Assembly (NCBI GenBank): GCA_038279365.1
Contig: JAYODI010000017.1
Span: forward strand, 1-64,000
Source of the DNA: Candidatus Latescibacterota bacterium
GTDB lineage: Bacteria; Latescibacterota; UBA2968
DNA length: 64,000 nucleotides
Reading direction: 5' to 3'
This document shows positions 62,559-64,000 of this stretch, one piece after another. The first letter of the stretch is position 1. Every line of letters starts with the position of its first letter. Under the pieces are notes generated by a model. It saw nothing but the letters and a program-made list of their open reading frames with translations, was not told the DNA's origin and ran no database searches. The translations under genes and the position numbers were made by a program.

Positions 62559-64000
62559 TTATCCTTTCATATGCACCGGATGCCCATTCTCAGGAAACCA
62601 AATGGCATCAATAACAGTGGAAAACGCAACGCCCAAAACATAGCCCACCAACAACCCCACAAACAACGGTTTAGACTTTCGATATATGGAGGGCCCACCA
62701 ATTTTTAAGATCACCAACTTGAGCAACCATGTGAAGAATATGGTAAAACTGATGTGCCGCAACAAATGCGTGCCCGACACCGCCAAACCCACCGGATGAA
62801 GGGGCCACCACACAAACCGATGACGCAAAAAAATCAACCCCGCCATCAGCCCACTGCCAATGACAAAAAACAAAAACTCAGAGGGTTCTTTAATAAAAAA
62901 CGGGGGGGCATTGGGGTGTTTTTTGAGCACATCAATAATATGGTTAAACTGACGGTCGGCACTCGATGGAATTTCAAACGCCCCAAAACTATAGGCCCCT
63001 TCCACATATCCCAACCGAATCGTGATATACACACTAAACACAAAACTCACCACAATGGCCAAGGCCACGGCCCCCATCAAATTGCGCCGTTGACGAGCGG
63101 GTATGCCTTCGGCAATGCGCCCCACATGCATCATCCCTGGCAACATGCGCCCCGTCCAGTTGCCTGCGGCAATATACACAAACCGCTCAGCCACATGTGT
63201 GACTGCCGAAATATTGCGATTGCCCCAAAAAGACAAGATCAAATTCCAAGACCCCACCGGTGGCTCTTGCAAAGAGATCATCACCGGAATGCCCGTATCG
63301 GCCAAAATTTTGGCCAACCCCACATACGAAAACACAAACATCACCAACAGCAAAAACGCGAGCAATGGGTCAAAGTGCAACTGCATCATCCACACATACA
63401 AAAACACCATGCTCACCACAATGCCAATCAACGCCCCCCGATAAGACAGCATCTCACCCGAATCGTCAATGCGATCATCACCCTTCCCAATGGCCTTAAA
63501 AAACACATCTTTCAAATGCGTGCGGGCCACCCAAAAAATCGACAACACCAGCGTAAAATAAGCCCCTTGCATTTGCCAACGATACACACCACGCGGTTCA
63601 TAAGGGGTCATCACCTTATACCCCAGTTGATTGAGCCAACCGCCCTCAAAAACAAACAACAAATCAAAAAACCACAAACTAAACAAAACGTCTAAACTCG
63701 CAAAATAGGCAAAAAACAACGTAAAAATGCCCAAATACCCCCGAATGGGTGGATACTGCCGATCAAACCACACCCAACTGCCTCTGCCAATGGGAAACTG
63801 CGGAAAACCAGGTAAAAAATAACTGATGCAATTCCAGGCAATGGCACCAAATGCAAGGGTAAACCCAATCCAAAACAATCGGTTTCGCGTAAAGGCAGGC
63901 AACCACCCTTTGCCATCTCCGGGCTGAGACACCATCTCTATCAAGGGGGCCACAATAGGAAACGCCAACCGCTCATTTTCGGCCCACTGCTTGCGAAACA
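62559..64000 (-). CDS. DUF6785/DUF6784-type polytopic membrane protein; 5' end outside window
   Basis: Frame open to the edge: FRKQWAENERLAFPI; NRLFWIGF, FSLWFF, WWPLHPVG, KPLFVGLLVG. Confidence 0.8.
   Translation of the reverse strand, partial: FRKQWAENERLAFPIVAPLIEMVSQPGDGKGWLPAFTRNRLFWIGFTLAFGAIAWNCISYFLPGFPQFPIGRGSWVWFDRQYPPIRGYLGIFTLFFAYFASLDVLFSLWFFDLLFVFEGGWLNQLGYKVMTPYEPRGVYRWQMQGAYFTLVLSIFWVARTHLKDVFFKAIGKGDDRIDDSGEMLSYRGALIGIVVSMVFLYVWMMQLHFDPLLAFLLLVMFVFSYVGLAKILADTGIPVMISLQEPPVGSWNLILSFWGNRNISAVTHVAERFVYIAAGNWTGRMLPGMMHVGRIAEGIPARQRRNLMGAVALAIVVSFVFSVYITIRLGYVEGAYSFGAFEIPSSADRQFNHIIDVLKKHPNAPPFFIKEPSEFLFFVIGSGLMAGLIFLRHRFVWWPLHPVGLAVSGTHLLRHISFTIFFTWLLKLVILKIGGPSIYRKSKPLFVGLLVGYVLGVAFSTVIDAIWFPENGHPVHMKG

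Overview
Bacterial chromosomal window of moderate GC with about 40 protein-coding genes and no rRNA, tRNA, CRISPR array, phage gene or transposase that I could see. The gene mix (six PhyH-family Fe/2OG dioxygenases, DUF6785 plus M28-FtsX, DUF362, M19/M20 peptidases, GH2/GH3/GH106, beta-propeller hybrid kinase) resembles Latescibacterota/Poribacteria-like heterotrophs; that is inference only. In order: a nonsense-disrupted hybrid sensor kinase; an RND efflux triad; a TRAP transporter behind a compositionally distinct GH2/GH3 block carrying decayed ECF-sigma and sulfatase remnants; MarR with palindromic operators; purEK; an ABC exporter pair with a UxuA-like gene; DUF362; an SDR; nrdAB with a Chlamydia-type class Ic beta subunit and NrdR boxes; nitrilase; APC-USP permease; Omp85-like protein; a DedA-rhodanese fusion with an in-frame UGA and SECIS-like hairpin (probable selenoprotein); APH(6)-like kinase; a PhyH triplet; hemJ; an Asp-type MurA; GH106; and a DUF6785 + pseudo-M28/FtsX membrane module at the right edge. 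Intergenic regions hold three families of heptamer palindromes and a two-copy ~216-bp structured element with compensatory base changes. All calls come from reading motifs by eye; no database search was run. Start codons were moved from the ORF track where an RBS supported a shorter gene.
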